32,988 nt of DNA, from positions 1 to 32,988 of IMG/VR virus record IMGVR_UViG_3300016467_000102; one strand, given 5' to 3'. A model generated the notes under the pieces. The model saw only the letters and a program-made list of their open reading frames with translations, searched no databases and was not told the DNA's origin. The number at the start of each line of letters is the position of its first letter. The first letter of the stretch is position 1. The translations under genes and the position numbers were made by a program. This document shows, piece after piece, positions 15,408 to 23,721 of the stretch. The DNA is from a virus. Lineage: Duplodnaviria > Caudoviricetes.

Positions 15408-15598
15408 CATTAGAAGACAGATGCTTTCTAGCAGTGGTAAATGTCCAGATTGCGCACCTAAAAATCGATCTTAATGAGTATTCTCATATCATGAAATACT
15501 ACAATCCAGATGTCAAAGCTTTTGATTTGATCCTGGAGAAGATGAGCGAAGCGGAGGCGGAGATCATGAGACTAGAAAATCTTTTAAATGATTTGTAG
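15404..15598 (+). CDS. Hypothetical protein
   Basis: 64 aa, ATGA-coupled to the previous gene. Confidence 0.6.
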   Translation: MTLEDRCFLAVVNVQIAHLKIDLNEYSHIMKYYNPDVKAFDLILEKMSEAEAEIMRLENLLNDL

Positions 15599-15629
15599 GA
15601 TGTCACAATTTTAGATATATTTGTGACAT
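15592..15629 (+). promoter_or_regulatory. Replication-operon promoter overlapped by an inverted repeat
   Basis: TTTG (15592-15595)-N20-TATATTTG (15616-15623); ATGTCACAA-N12-TTGTGACAT (15600-15629). Confidence 0.7.
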
Positions 15630-15717
15630 AATCAGCGCAAGGGGTGAGAGTCTTGCGGTGATTAATGGGTTAAAAACCAACTAAGCCAGTCTGATCTCTC
15701 ACTCAGCTGGCTTTTTT
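15629..15717 (+). ncRNA. Two-hairpin kissing-loop leader RNA / attenuator of the replication initiator
   Basis: Loop GTGAGAG (15644-15650) is complementary to loop CTCTCAC (15696-15702); hairpin 2 ends in a T-tract. Confidence 0.65.
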
Positions 15718-15728
15718 ATTTTATCATT

Positions 15729-16457
15729 ATGCAAAAAGACGCCTATTATTTCCCTCATTTTTGTAACGCTCGACACGATCGCAAGATTAAGCGATTAAGA
15801 AAGGAGCTTGGACTGGAAGGATACGGAATTTATTTCATGCTATTAGAGACGCTTAGAGAGCAACAAGATTTGATGTTTCCAATGGATGACATCGATCTGC
15901 TTGCTGAGGAGTTTGGGACCTCTGAGCAAAAGATCAGAGTCACGATCTGCAACTATGAACTTTTCGAGCTCGATCAGGATCAAAAATTCTTTTCTCCTAA
16001 AATGTTGGTTTACCTAGAACCTTACTTTAAGATGCGAGAACAAAGAAAATTAGCTGGAAAAGCATCGGCCGATAAACGGATGCTCAACGACCGTTCAACG
16101 ACCGTTCAACAAAGTAAAGGAAAGGAAAGTAAAGAAGAAGAAAGTAAAGGAAAAGAAAATAAAGAAATCTTTCGTTTGACTTATTCAACGAATCCATTGA
16201 GAAACGATCTGTTTGAAAAGTGGATAAAATACAAGAAAGAAAAAAAATCTACATACACTCCTTCTGGAATCAATCAGTTACTAAAGGATTGGGAAGACGT
16301 ATCTACTGAGGATCTAGCGAAGGCGATCAACTTAAGTATCTCTAATAACTGGCAAGGATTATTCCCACCTAAAAAAAATACTACATCAGGTAGTACAGAT
16401 ATTAGGAATTTTCCTACCTTGCAGAACAAACCTATAATACCAGAAGAATGGCAGTAA
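15729..16457 (+). CDS. Replication initiator (DUF4373/Lin1244-like N-terminus)
   Basis: YYFPH..NAR.D.KI..LR..LG.EGYGIYF.LLE.L, C-terminal SI.NNWQGLF, internal iterons, upstream of DnaB. Confidence 0.75.
   Translation: MQKDAYYFPHFCNARHDRKIKRLRKELGLEGYGIYFMLLETLREQQDLMFPMDDIDLLAEEFGTSEQKIRVTICNYELFELDQDQKFFSPKMLVYLEPYFKMREQRKLAGKASADKRMLNDRSTTVQQSKGKESKEEESKGKENKEIFRLTYSTNPLRNDLFEKWIKYKKEKKSTYTPSGINQLLKDWEDVSTEDLAKAINLSISNNWQGLFPPKKNTTSGSTDIRNFPTLQNKPIIPEEWQ
16084..16168 (+). repeat. Putative replication origin: iterons plus purine-rich tract
   Basis: TCAACGACCGT x2.5 (16084-16110), then ~4 imperfect 15-bp AAAGTAAAG.. units. Confidence 0.65.
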
Positions 16458-17857
16458 AACTCAATCTAAATGATGTACATCTGGAGCGTGACATCATCTC
16501 ACACTTACTAGCTTATCCACACCTATTTAGTGAAGCAAGTAAATTGATCAGTGAAGAATCTTTCACAGACGCTTTATTTAAGGCGTCATTCCTTGGATTT
16601 AAGGAACTTTCTCTAGAAGATAAGAGAATCACTAGGGCTGACCTATTTCGGTGGCTTAAATCGAAAGAATCAGAGAAGGGATATAGCTCTGAACTGGTCT
16701 TGAAACTAATGCCTGATCGAGTGATTAACCTAGAAGAATCCTGCTATGCACTAAAGGAGACAGAAGGAAAGCGCAGATATTACGATCTTGCTTTTAAATT
16801 ACAGACTGCGATTCTAGATAACAAGGAAGTCTCTGACTTGCAGACGATCGTAGACAAGGAGATCGAAAGCCTAGATAAATCGGTGGCCTCCTCTGAGGTG
16901 TTTGATATCGCATCGATCTACGATCAGGTAATTGATAAGCTAGAAGCGAACGCTGGGAAAATAAAATTCTCAGGCATCGACACTGGATCCAGGGATCTTA
17001 ATTACATCCTTGGAGGATTCCAGGAAGGAATGACGGTAATCGCTGGGCGTCCAGGTATGGGAAAAACTATCGCTGGATTACAACACGCTAAGAGCGCTGC
17101 GAAATCTGGTAAACGAGTTTTATTTCTTAGCCTAGAAATGCCTAAAGAGTCGCTCATATTTAGACTTATCAGCTCTGAGAATTTTGACTATAAATACTCT
17201 GATCTAAAAGCGAACCGAGTGAAGCCAGATGATATTCTAAAAATCAGGAATTCAAACGCGTCGATCTTAAAATCCTTACCGATCTTCTTTTACGACTCGG
17301 ATAATCGTGACATAAATTACCTATCTATGATCCTAACATCGGAGGCGAAGCGAAATAAAATCGACATCGTAGTGATCGACTACTTGCAACTGATCAGAGA
17401 CAATCAGCTCAAGGATCAGTCAGACTTTGCTCAGGTTTCATCGGTATCGAATAAAATCCAGAAGCTAACCAGGAAGCTTAAGATTCCGATCATCGCCTTG
17501 TCTCAGCTATCAAGGGGAATCGAGGGAAGATCGTCAAGACTTCCTCAGCTATCGGATATTAGAAGCTCTGGTAACGTAGAACAAGACGCGATCGCAGTGA
17601 TCGGTCTCTATCGTGATGATTACTACAAGTACACCGACGCCAGGGCTAACAATATGCCAAAGAGTCCAGACGATAATATCCTGAACTATGTGATCCTGAA
17701 AAATCGAGACGGAGAAACCTGCACGATCGATCGATACGTCGATGTGACCACAAATCGGATCGCAGATTCTTACGATGAGCTGAGAGCTTACCAGGTATCT
17801 AAGGAGCCTAGCGCGCTTAACCTAATAAAAAATGAGTTTGAAGAAACTAGATTCTAA
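16448..17857 (+). CDS. dnaB: Replicative DNA helicase
   Basis: IAGRPGMGKT, FLSLEM, VIDYLQL, ALSQLSR, P.LSD.R.SG..EQDA and KNRDG motifs. Confidence 0.95.
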   Translation: MAVKLNLNDVHLERDIISHLLAYPHLFSEASKLISEESFTDALFKASFLGFKELSLEDKRITRADLFRWLKSKESEKGYSSELVLKLMPDRVINLEESCYALKETEGKRRYYDLAFKLQTAILDNKEVSDLQTIVDKEIESLDKSVASSEVFDIASIYDQVIDKLEANAGKIKFSGIDTGSRDLNYILGGFQEGMTVIAGRPGMGKTIAGLQHAKSAAKSGKRVLFLSLEMPKESLIFRLISSENFDYKYSDLKANRVKPDDILKIRNSNASILKSLPIFFYDSDNRDINYLSMILTSEAKRNKIDIVVIDYLQLIRDNQLKDQSDFAQVSSVSNKIQKLTRKLKIPIIALSQLSRGIEGRSSRLPQLSDIRSSGNVEQDAIAVIGLYRDDYYKYTDARANNMPKSPDDNILNYVILKNRDGETCTIDRYVDVTTNRIADSYDELRAYQVSKEPSALNLIKNEFEETRF

Positions 17858-18209
17858 TAAAATGATCACAATCAAAGGCCAGGTTCCAAGCAAATCGAAC
17901 GGCTATCGAATCGCAAATAATCGCCTATTTAAATCCATCGAGCTCAAAAGCTATGAGGTTAATTTTGAATGGCAAATTAAGAAGCATCTAAAGGAATCTA
18001 TTGAAGTTCCCTTTCAAATCTGGATCGACGTCTATTTTCAGTCTAATAGATCGGACCTGGACAATGCAGCGAAGGTGATACTTGACTGCTTACAAACGTC
18101 TGGCGTTATTAAAAACGATCGACTCTGCTCGGTGCTTGTCATGAGGAAGCACATTGACAAAGTGAATCCCAGGATTGAGTTTGAAATTAAGAAACTAAAC
18201 GAAAAATAA
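17832..18209 (+). CDS. RusA-like Holliday junction resolvase
   Basis: PSK.N, DLDN..K.ILD.L...G.I.NDR, D..NPRIE motifs; start probably ATG 17862. Confidence 0.85.
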   Translation: MSLKKLDSNKMITIKGQVPSKSNGYRIANNRLFKSIELKSYEVNFEWQIKKHLKESIEVPFQIWIDVYFQSNRSDLDNAAKVILDCLQTSGVIKNDRLCSVLVMRKHIDKVNPRIEFEIKKLNEK

Positions 18210-18210
18210 A

Positions 18211-18477
18211 ATGAAACTATATACAGAAGAACAAGTAAGAGTAGCAATGAGTTTGTCTTTTCTAAAAGATTATGAAATAGCAAGTACCAAGCAAATAATT
18301 GAATCCCTTAAATATATCGAACTACCAAGTGATGATGAGATTTGCGATGAAGCAGAAAGCATTGCTCATAACTATTTTGTTATGCAAAGAAATCATTATG
18401 ATGGATTAGAAGAAGGGGCTAAAAGAATGGCATATTGGTTAATGAAACATTTTGAACAACAAAACATTGGACACTAA
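18211..18477 (+). CDS. Hypothetical protein (AT-rich insert)
   Basis: 88 aa with KLYTEE.V and IELPSDDEI motifs; no GATC seen. Confidence 0.7.
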   Translation: MKLYTEEQVRVAMSLSFLKDYEIASTKQIIESLKYIELPSDDEICDEAESIAHNYFVMQRNHYDGLEEGAKRMAYWLMKHFEQQNIGH

Positions 18478-18697
18478 TAAAAATCTGCCAGCTAATTATC
18501 AGGCTTGCATCGCCTGGATCGAGTCACAATTGACACGAGAGACACGATCAATCGATATGCCTGGTGTTATCATTCACGATCTAAATGGATCGCTTAGAAT
18601 GAATCTATTAAGGATTTTAAATAATCACGGAGCTGAGAGGCGAGCTGCCTTTCTGCGAACTAGAAGAATAAAAGACTACCTATCTAAAAAACCATGA
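18452..18697 (+). CDS. Hypothetical protein
   Basis: 81-aa ORF, start uncertain. Confidence 0.6.
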   Translation: MNNKTLDTNKNLPANYQACIAWIESQLTRETRSIDMPGVIIHDLNGSLRMNLLRILNNHGAERRAAFLRTRRIKDYLSKKP

Positions 18698-19044
18698 AAA
18701 AACTAACTGAAAAACAGACAATCATTATCTACGCGGGACTTCTTAACGCGCTGATCGATCACATCGAGGCTGACTTCAGACCTTCGATCTTTAATCGCCA
18801 GTCGCTGAAGATGAAATCTAAGAGCGTCCTTGATGAGCTTCTAAAAGTGGAGGCTGAGATGTACAAAGGAGATCCAAGCGGTGAAGTAACGGATCAATAC
18901 TTAGACGCTGGACGCTTGATGATCACCTTCTTTAAATTAGGTATCGAGATGGCTGACATGGATCCGATCAGAGCGGAAGGGCTTAACACTCAGCTGAATA
19001 TATTATTTAAAAATTACGGGATTAATTTGGATAATCCGATTTAA
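18694..19044 (+). CDS. Hypothetical protein
   Basis: 116 aa, ATGA-coupled. Confidence 0.7.
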   Translation: MKKLTEKQTIIIYAGLLNALIDHIEADFRPSIFNRQSLKMKSKSVLDELLKVEAEMYKGDPSGEVTDQYLDAGRLMITFFKLGIEMADMDPIRAEGLNTQLNILFKNYGINLDNPI

Positions 19045-19078
19045 TTTTATAAGCTTTGCATAACCAAACGATTTAAAA

Positions 19079-19342
19079 ATGAATAAGAACTCAGACCAGG
19101 TGATCAGACCAGATCACTATCAAGGCAAGGGAGGGCTTCAGGTGATCGATGTCATCGATGCTTTCGGATTAGGTTTCTCTTTAGGCAATGTAATAAAATA
19201 CGTCCTAAGAGCTGGACACAAAGGTGATAAGATCACTGATCTAGAAAAGGCGATCGAATACTTAAAATTCGAGATCGATAATCACAAGAAGATCGTCAAG
19301 GAAGTTGAGACTTATATCGCAAGTTTACCAGAAGATATCTAG
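19079..19342 (+). CDS. DUF3310 (SaV-like) protein
   Basis: P.HY...ID.I.....F.LGN..KY..RAG.K....DL.KA..YL signature. Confidence 0.9.
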   Translation: MNKNSDQVIRPDHYQGKGGLQVIDVIDAFGLGFSLGNVIKYVLRAGHKGDKITDLEKAIEYLKFEIDNHKKIVKEVETYIASLPEDI

Positions 19343-19345
19343 CAA

Positions 19346-19852
19346 GTGCAAAAGACCAGGAATCAAATTATCGAGGAGCTCTACCTATCCAAGGACATAG
19401 CGTCGGCTCTAAGAAAGATGCAACCTGCTAGTCTCCGCGATGATCTAAGGCAAGAGATGTTTATCTCCTTATGCAACCTACCAGAAGAAAAGTTCTGGAA
19501 CCTGCATGAGAATAATGCTCTTAAATTCTACCTGGTCCGCGCGATGCTTAACATGATCAGAAGCACTGGGATGAATCAGCCATTCTTTAAAAACTTTCGG
19601 GCGAAGTTTGAGTCAATCGAAGAGATCGACAATATAGCGGACCAGATCGACGATCGCAAAGACGAGAAAGAAAAGCTATTCGATCTACTAGACGAGAGGC
19701 GCAAAGATCTCTGCTGGTATGAGAATACCTTGCTTGATCAATATGTCGCTTCAAACTTTAATCAAATGGAGTTACACCGAAAGACTCGGATTCCTTATCC
19801 ATCCATAGTCAAGACCATTTCGCTAATTAAGAATAAACTCAAGGATGAATAA
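19346..19852 (+). CDS. Sigma-70/ECF-like transcription factor (candidate late sigma)
   Basis: DDL.QE.F..L region-2-like motif and C-terminal region-4-like HTH; GTG start. Confidence 0.6.
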   Translation: MQKTRNQIIEELYLSKDIASALRKMQPASLRDDLRQEMFISLCNLPEEKFWNLHENNALKFYLVRAMLNMIRSTGMNQPFFKNFRAKFESIEEIDNIADQIDDRKDEKEKLFDLLDERRKDLCWYENTLLDQYVASNFNQMELHRKTRIPYPSIVKTISLIKNKLKDE

Positions 19853-20036
19853 GAAGCCCGAAGAATTTGCGAAGGATCTGTTTAATAACTGCCTTTACTT
19901 TACTGGATCAAAATTGATGGCGCGTGAATGCGCTTTATTTATTACACAAAAATTCCTGGACTACTGCTCCAGAATGGATGACAAATGTTATCACCTGGAG
20001 GTGCAAGAAGCCCTCTATAAAATCGAAATTGCATGA
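19845..20036 (+). CDS. Small helical protein (paralog family)
   Basis: PEEFAKDLF...ARECAL...Y..EV.E.L. Confidence 0.65.
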   Translation: MNKKPEEFAKDLFNNCLYFTGSKLMARECALFITQKFLDYCSRMDDKCYHLEVQEALYKIEIA

Positions 20037-20263
20037 TTCAACTACTTGCATCTGTGGCATTCGTCACGTTCTTCCAGATGAATAATTTACACCTGGATCT
20101 AAAGCTAAACTTCAAGCCCTTCAACTGCGCGCCTTGCCTAGGATTCTGGGTAGCGCTTGGATTAATGTTTGTTCCAGTGGAGCTTTGTGAGGTTATTGCG
20201 ATCACCTTTGGAGCTGGTGTAATTGCTCCCATATTATTTAGAATAATAATGACAAGATTATAA
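20033..20263 (+). CDS. Small membrane protein with CxxC
   Basis: Hydrophobic helices flanking KPFNCAPCLGFW. Confidence 0.7.
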   Translation: MIQLLASVAFVTFFQMNNLHLDLKLNFKPFNCAPCLGFWVALGLMFVPVELCEVIAITFGAGVIAPILFRIIMTRL

Positions 20264-20493
20264 TGGAAGCAAAAGATAAAGCTAAGGAATTAGTAGATAA
20301 GTTCACTGTTGTAGGATTACAACAAAGAAACGAAGGTATTCAATGCGCATTAATTGCAGTAGATGAATTATTAGAATATGAAAAAATGCTTGTTGAACAA
20401 ATAAAAAATCATGTTGAAATTTTTAAAGGAATGAAATTTAAGACTGAAAATTTATTTTGGGAAAGTGTAAAACAAGAAATAATAAAATTATAA
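20263..20493 (+). CDS. Small helical protein (paralog family, AT-rich insert)
   Basis: KDKAKELVDKF...CALIAVDE...FWESVKQEI..L. Confidence 0.7.
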   Translation: MEAKDKAKELVDKFTVVGLQQRNEGIQCALIAVDELLEYEKMLVEQIKNHVEIFKGMKFKTENLFWESVKQEIIKL

Positions 20494-20807
20494 TGACAGA
20501 TCAAGACATCAAATTCATCCAGGACAATATCATCAACTTTGAATCGGTGGCGCTTGGATACACTCGAAACATTGACATCGCGGTGCTCAATGAATACCAC
20601 GAAATATACAAGCGATCACTGGATCCTAGCTACGTCCTAAATGCCTGGTGTGGTGGATGTGTGTTTGACATGCTCAAAAGATTAAAGCACCACTACGAAA
20701 ACGTCATGGCATCCAAGCAAGCGGAGGCGGTGATCCAGACTAACCAAACTAACCAAACAAATGACAAAATCCAAGCTAAGAATCCTCGCGGTAGGAAGTC
20801 AAAATAG
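20457..20807 (+). CDS. Hypothetical protein with CxxC
   Basis: WCGGCV motif, basic tail; real start probably ATG 20493 (TAATG coupling). Confidence 0.65.
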   Translation: MGKCKTRNNKIIMTDQDIKFIQDNIINFESVALGYTRNIDIAVLNEYHEIYKRSLDPSYVLNAWCGGCVFDMLKRLKHHYENVMASKQAEAVIQTNQTNQTNDKIQAKNPRGRKSK

Positions 20808-21783
20808 TGGTGTAACCTACCACAGACTGGCGCTTCCTTTGTCGATCATGGAGAAAGAATACTGTCTCATCACAGACACGATCACAGAGGACCTATTGAA
20901 GGAGAAGAACTTCAACGTCGTAGTGGTGAATCGGTTCCTAGAATCGGTTCCTTTGATTCAGCTCCTGGAGTGGCGAGCTAAGTTTGGATTTAAACTGGTG
21001 ATCGATATCGATGACTACTGGATCCTATTCGACAAACACCTAAGCGCTGGGACCTATCGCAGGCTTGGAATTACTAGGATAATCCGTGACTATATTAAGC
21101 ATGCGGACCTGGTGACCACGACTCACAATCGACTTTATTTAGAGATAATCCAAATAAACAAAAACTGCGAGATCCTTCCTAACGCCTTGCCATTTGATAA
21201 GGACCAGTTTACAGATGTAAAAAAGGAGAATGAGAAAGTCACAATCGCTCACACTGGATCGATCACTCACTATCCAGACATCCAGCAACTAAAGAAACCG
21301 ATCGCAGAGCTGGCGAAGTCCAGGGTATTTAGAGAGAACGCCAGAATGCTTTTGTGTGGCTGGAATAATTACAATGAATGGCACTGGAAGCAAATAGCAA
21401 ATATCTACACGGCAAACGAGAAGCTTGACTACAAGATCATTGAATCCTTGCCAGTGGATCTATACATGAATTTCTACCTGGAGGCTGACATGCTTTTAGT
21501 TCCTTTGCTAGATAATAAATTCAATCGCCTTAAATCAAACCTAAAGGCGCTAGAAGCAGGAGCTAAGAATATCCCGATCCTGACATATAAGCGCGCACCT
21601 TATGACGATATTCCGACGATCTTCGAAGTGGATAATTGGGAGCGAGACATCAAACGAATGGCGTTTAGCAAGCAGATGCGGGAGGACTACGGTAAGGCAA
21701 ACGGAGAATTTGTCCGCAAGCATTACGATATCTTCAAAATTAACGAAAAAAGATTTAGTATATTTACTGACTTAATTAAATAA
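20761..21783 (+). CDS. Glycosyltransferase (GT-B, GT4-like)
   Basis: YHR...P, DIDD.W, AD.VT.T, LPNA, PL....FN..KS.LK..EA motifs. Confidence 0.85.
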   Translation: MTKSKLRILAVGSQNSGVTYHRLALPLSIMEKEYCLITDTITEDLLKEKNFNVVVVNRFLESVPLIQLLEWRAKFGFKLVIDIDDYWILFDKHLSAGTYRRLGITRIIRDYIKHADLVTTTHNRLYLEIIQINKNCEILPNALPFDKDQFTDVKKENEKVTIAHTGSITHYPDIQQLKKPIAELAKSRVFRENARMLLCGWNNYNEWHWKQIANIYTANEKLDYKIIESLPVDLYMNFYLEADMLLVPLLDNKFNRLKSNLKALEAGAKNIPILTYKRAPYDDIPTIFEVDNWERDIKRMAFSKQMREDYGKANGEFVRKHYDIFKINEKRFSIFTDLIK

Positions 21784-21786
21784 TTT

Positions 21787-22308
21787 ATGGAAAACTGGTA
21801 TGATTTAAAAGGATATGAAGGAGAATATGAAATATCAAATTTGTTTAATGTAAGATCATTGGATAGAATTGTAAAAAGACCAGGATCAAAAGGAGACATG
21901 AAAGTCAAAGGTAAAAATTTAAAACAATTTTTAGATAATAATGGATATTTAAGAGTTTCCATAAAAGGAAAATTTCATAGTCTTCATAGATTAATAGCTT
22001 TAAATTTTATACCTAGAATAGAAGGTAAAAACATTGTTAATCATAAAGATGGTAATAAGATTAACAATGATTTAAGCAATTTAGAATGGTGTAATTATTA
22101 TGAAAATAACAATCATAGTATAAAAAGAGAGAATACATCAAGCGGCTTAACTGGTGTGACGCTTCACAAAAGAACTGGACTATGGGTAGCTCAAATTCAC
22201 TTTAATAAAAAGATGAATAATTTAGGTTATTATAAAACTAAAGAAGAAGCACATAATGCTAGAAGAAACTTTGAGCTTCAGAATAACATTCAAAATCGCT
22301 ATTTATAG
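21787..22308 (+). CDS. Free-standing homing endonuclease, NUMOD4-HNH-AP2
   Basis: E.W.D..GYEG.YEISN...VRSLDR, HRL.A..FIP, VNHKDGNK.NN...NLEW, AP2 C-terminus; AT-rich. Confidence 0.9.
   Translation: MENWYDLKGYEGEYEISNLFNVRSLDRIVKRPGSKGDMKVKGKNLKQFLDNNGYLRVSIKGKFHSLHRLIALNFIPRIEGKNIVNHKDGNKINNDLSNLEWCNYYENNNHSIKRENTSSGLTGVTLHKRTGLWVAQIHFNKKMNNLGYYKTKEEAHNARRNFELQNNIQNRYL
22296..22307 (+). promoter_or_regulatory. Putative late promoter motif
   Basis: TCGCTATTTATA, 13 nt before ATG 22321. Confidence 0.55.
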
Positions 22309-22320
22309 TAAACATGAATT

Positions 22321-22752
22321 ATGCCAGTCTTAAAATGCAATAACGGAAAATATCGGATCGGTGAAGGTGCTTGCATCTATGACACTAAGGAGAAAGCGAC
22401 TGAAGTCTACCAGGCTATCCTGGCGGGTGGCAAGTTCGCTGAGGATTCTTACACAGACTATCCACAGAGCGCAGTAGATAACGCTAAGCGGGCTTTAAAG
22501 TGGGCTGAGAAAAATGGCTGGGGATCTTGCGGTACTGCGGTCGGAAAGATCAGAGCTAACCAGCTGGCTAATAAGGAACCGATCTCCAGGGATACGATCG
22601 CCAGAATGGCATCATTCAAGCGTCATCAACAAAATAAAGATGTCGCTTATGGCGAAGGATGCGGTGGCCTAATGTGGGACGCCTGGGGAGGGACAGAAGG
22701 TATTGAGTGGGCGATCAGAAAATTAGACCAGATAGATAATGCAAGCAACTGA
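22321..22752 (+). CDS. Phage protein with SYTDYP...WDAWGG domain, probably head-associated
   Basis: Short Cys-containing N-terminal leader, then KF-AE and a compact domain (NAKRAL, GT.VG..RANQLA, RMASF.RH, LMWDAWGG). Confidence 0.7.
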   Translation: MPVLKCNNGKYRIGEGACIYDTKEKATEVYQAILAGGKFAEDSYTDYPQSAVDNAKRALKWAEKNGWGSCGTAVGKIRANQLANKEPISRDTIARMASFKRHQQNKDVAYGEGCGGLMWDAWGGTEGIEWAIRKLDQIDNASN

Positions 22753-23272
22753 GAAGGAGTTCTTTGATCATGAGATCAGCATAGGCGTAACGCCAGAGAA
22801 TCCAAACTACTGGGCACTCATGGACGGCACTGCTAACATAATAAAAAACTATGCTAGGACGGTGATCGAGATTGGTGCTGGAATGGGAACTCTAGGCGAA
22901 TGCTTGGAGCACAAAGGAATTACCTATCACGGTATCGAGCCTAACAGATATCACAGAGATTTCGCTCGATCTAGAGGGATTAATTTACATGATCTAGGCG
23001 ATTACCCTAGCCACGCTCAGATGATTGTCACAATCGAAGTATTTGAGCACCTAACAGACGAGCAGATTAATGAATATATGGAGAGCATCGAGGCGAAATA
23101 CTTATATTTCTCATCGACTCCTTACACTACAACTCCAGAATTTGACTCCTGGTGGGGCCATATTAACATAAAGCAGGTAGACGAGTGGATCGAATTCTTT
23201 GCTGAGTATGGATACACGCTTGAGAAACGCTTGACAATACCCACAGATTGGACCTTATTATTTAGAAAATGA
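22739..23272 (+). CDS. Class I SAM-dependent methyltransferase
   Basis: VIEIGAGMG, GIEP, EVFEHL and GHIN motifs; no DNA-MTase catalytic motif seen. Confidence 0.85.
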   Translation: MQATEKEFFDHEISIGVTPENPNYWALMDGTANIIKNYARTVIEIGAGMGTLGECLEHKGITYHGIEPNRYHRDFARSRGINLHDLGDYPSHAQMIVTIEVFEHLTDEQINEYMESIEAKYLYFSSTPYTTTPEFDSWWGHINIKQVDEWIEFFAEYGYTLEKRLTIPTDWTLLFRK

Positions 23273-23721
23273 AAGAGAACACGCCAAAGAAAAAAATAGT
23301 AGTCAGAAAACCAGAGAGTTCAATCAAAGAATCTGATCTGATCCTGGAGTGGGCGAATAAATACATTGACTATTGCCTGGAATCTACAAAGGAAGTCGCA
23401 ACTGGTGCGGGTGTTCGTATCATTAAAGAGCGCCACTTGCCTACGATCAGCTACTTTCTATTGATCTGGCTCCCACGCCAGGGCGCTGAATTCTACAAGC
23501 GATCACACTGGTATAATATCATGAAAGATTCTGATCATCCACTTCACAAAGAGGTAAATCAGATTGACGAAATGTTTCGCGCTCTAGCGGCGGATATTGT
23601 AGCCAATGAAGGAAAGGGTATCTTCTACGCTAAGAACCTGCTAGGATGGACGGATCGAGCTAAGAACGAAGAAAAACAAGAAGTAATAATCAGCTTTGCA
23701 AACGAAGATCACACTTCCTAG
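23269..23721 (+). CDS. terS: Terminase small subunit
   Basis: PTI..F and GIFYAKN.LGW.D motifs; directly upstream of the large subunit. Confidence 0.75.
   Translation: MKENTPKKKIVVRKPESSIKESDLILEWANKYIDYCLESTKEVATGAGVRIIKERHLPTISYFLLIWLPRQGAEFYKRSHWYNIMKDSDHPLHKEVNQIDEMFRALAADIVANEGKGIFYAKNLLGWTDRAKNEEKQEVIISFANEDHTS

Noticed and set aside
22739-23272. DNA adenine methyltransferase explaining the GATC excess
   Set aside because: No DPPY/NPPY catalytic motif; the pattern fits small-molecule or glycan methyltransferases.
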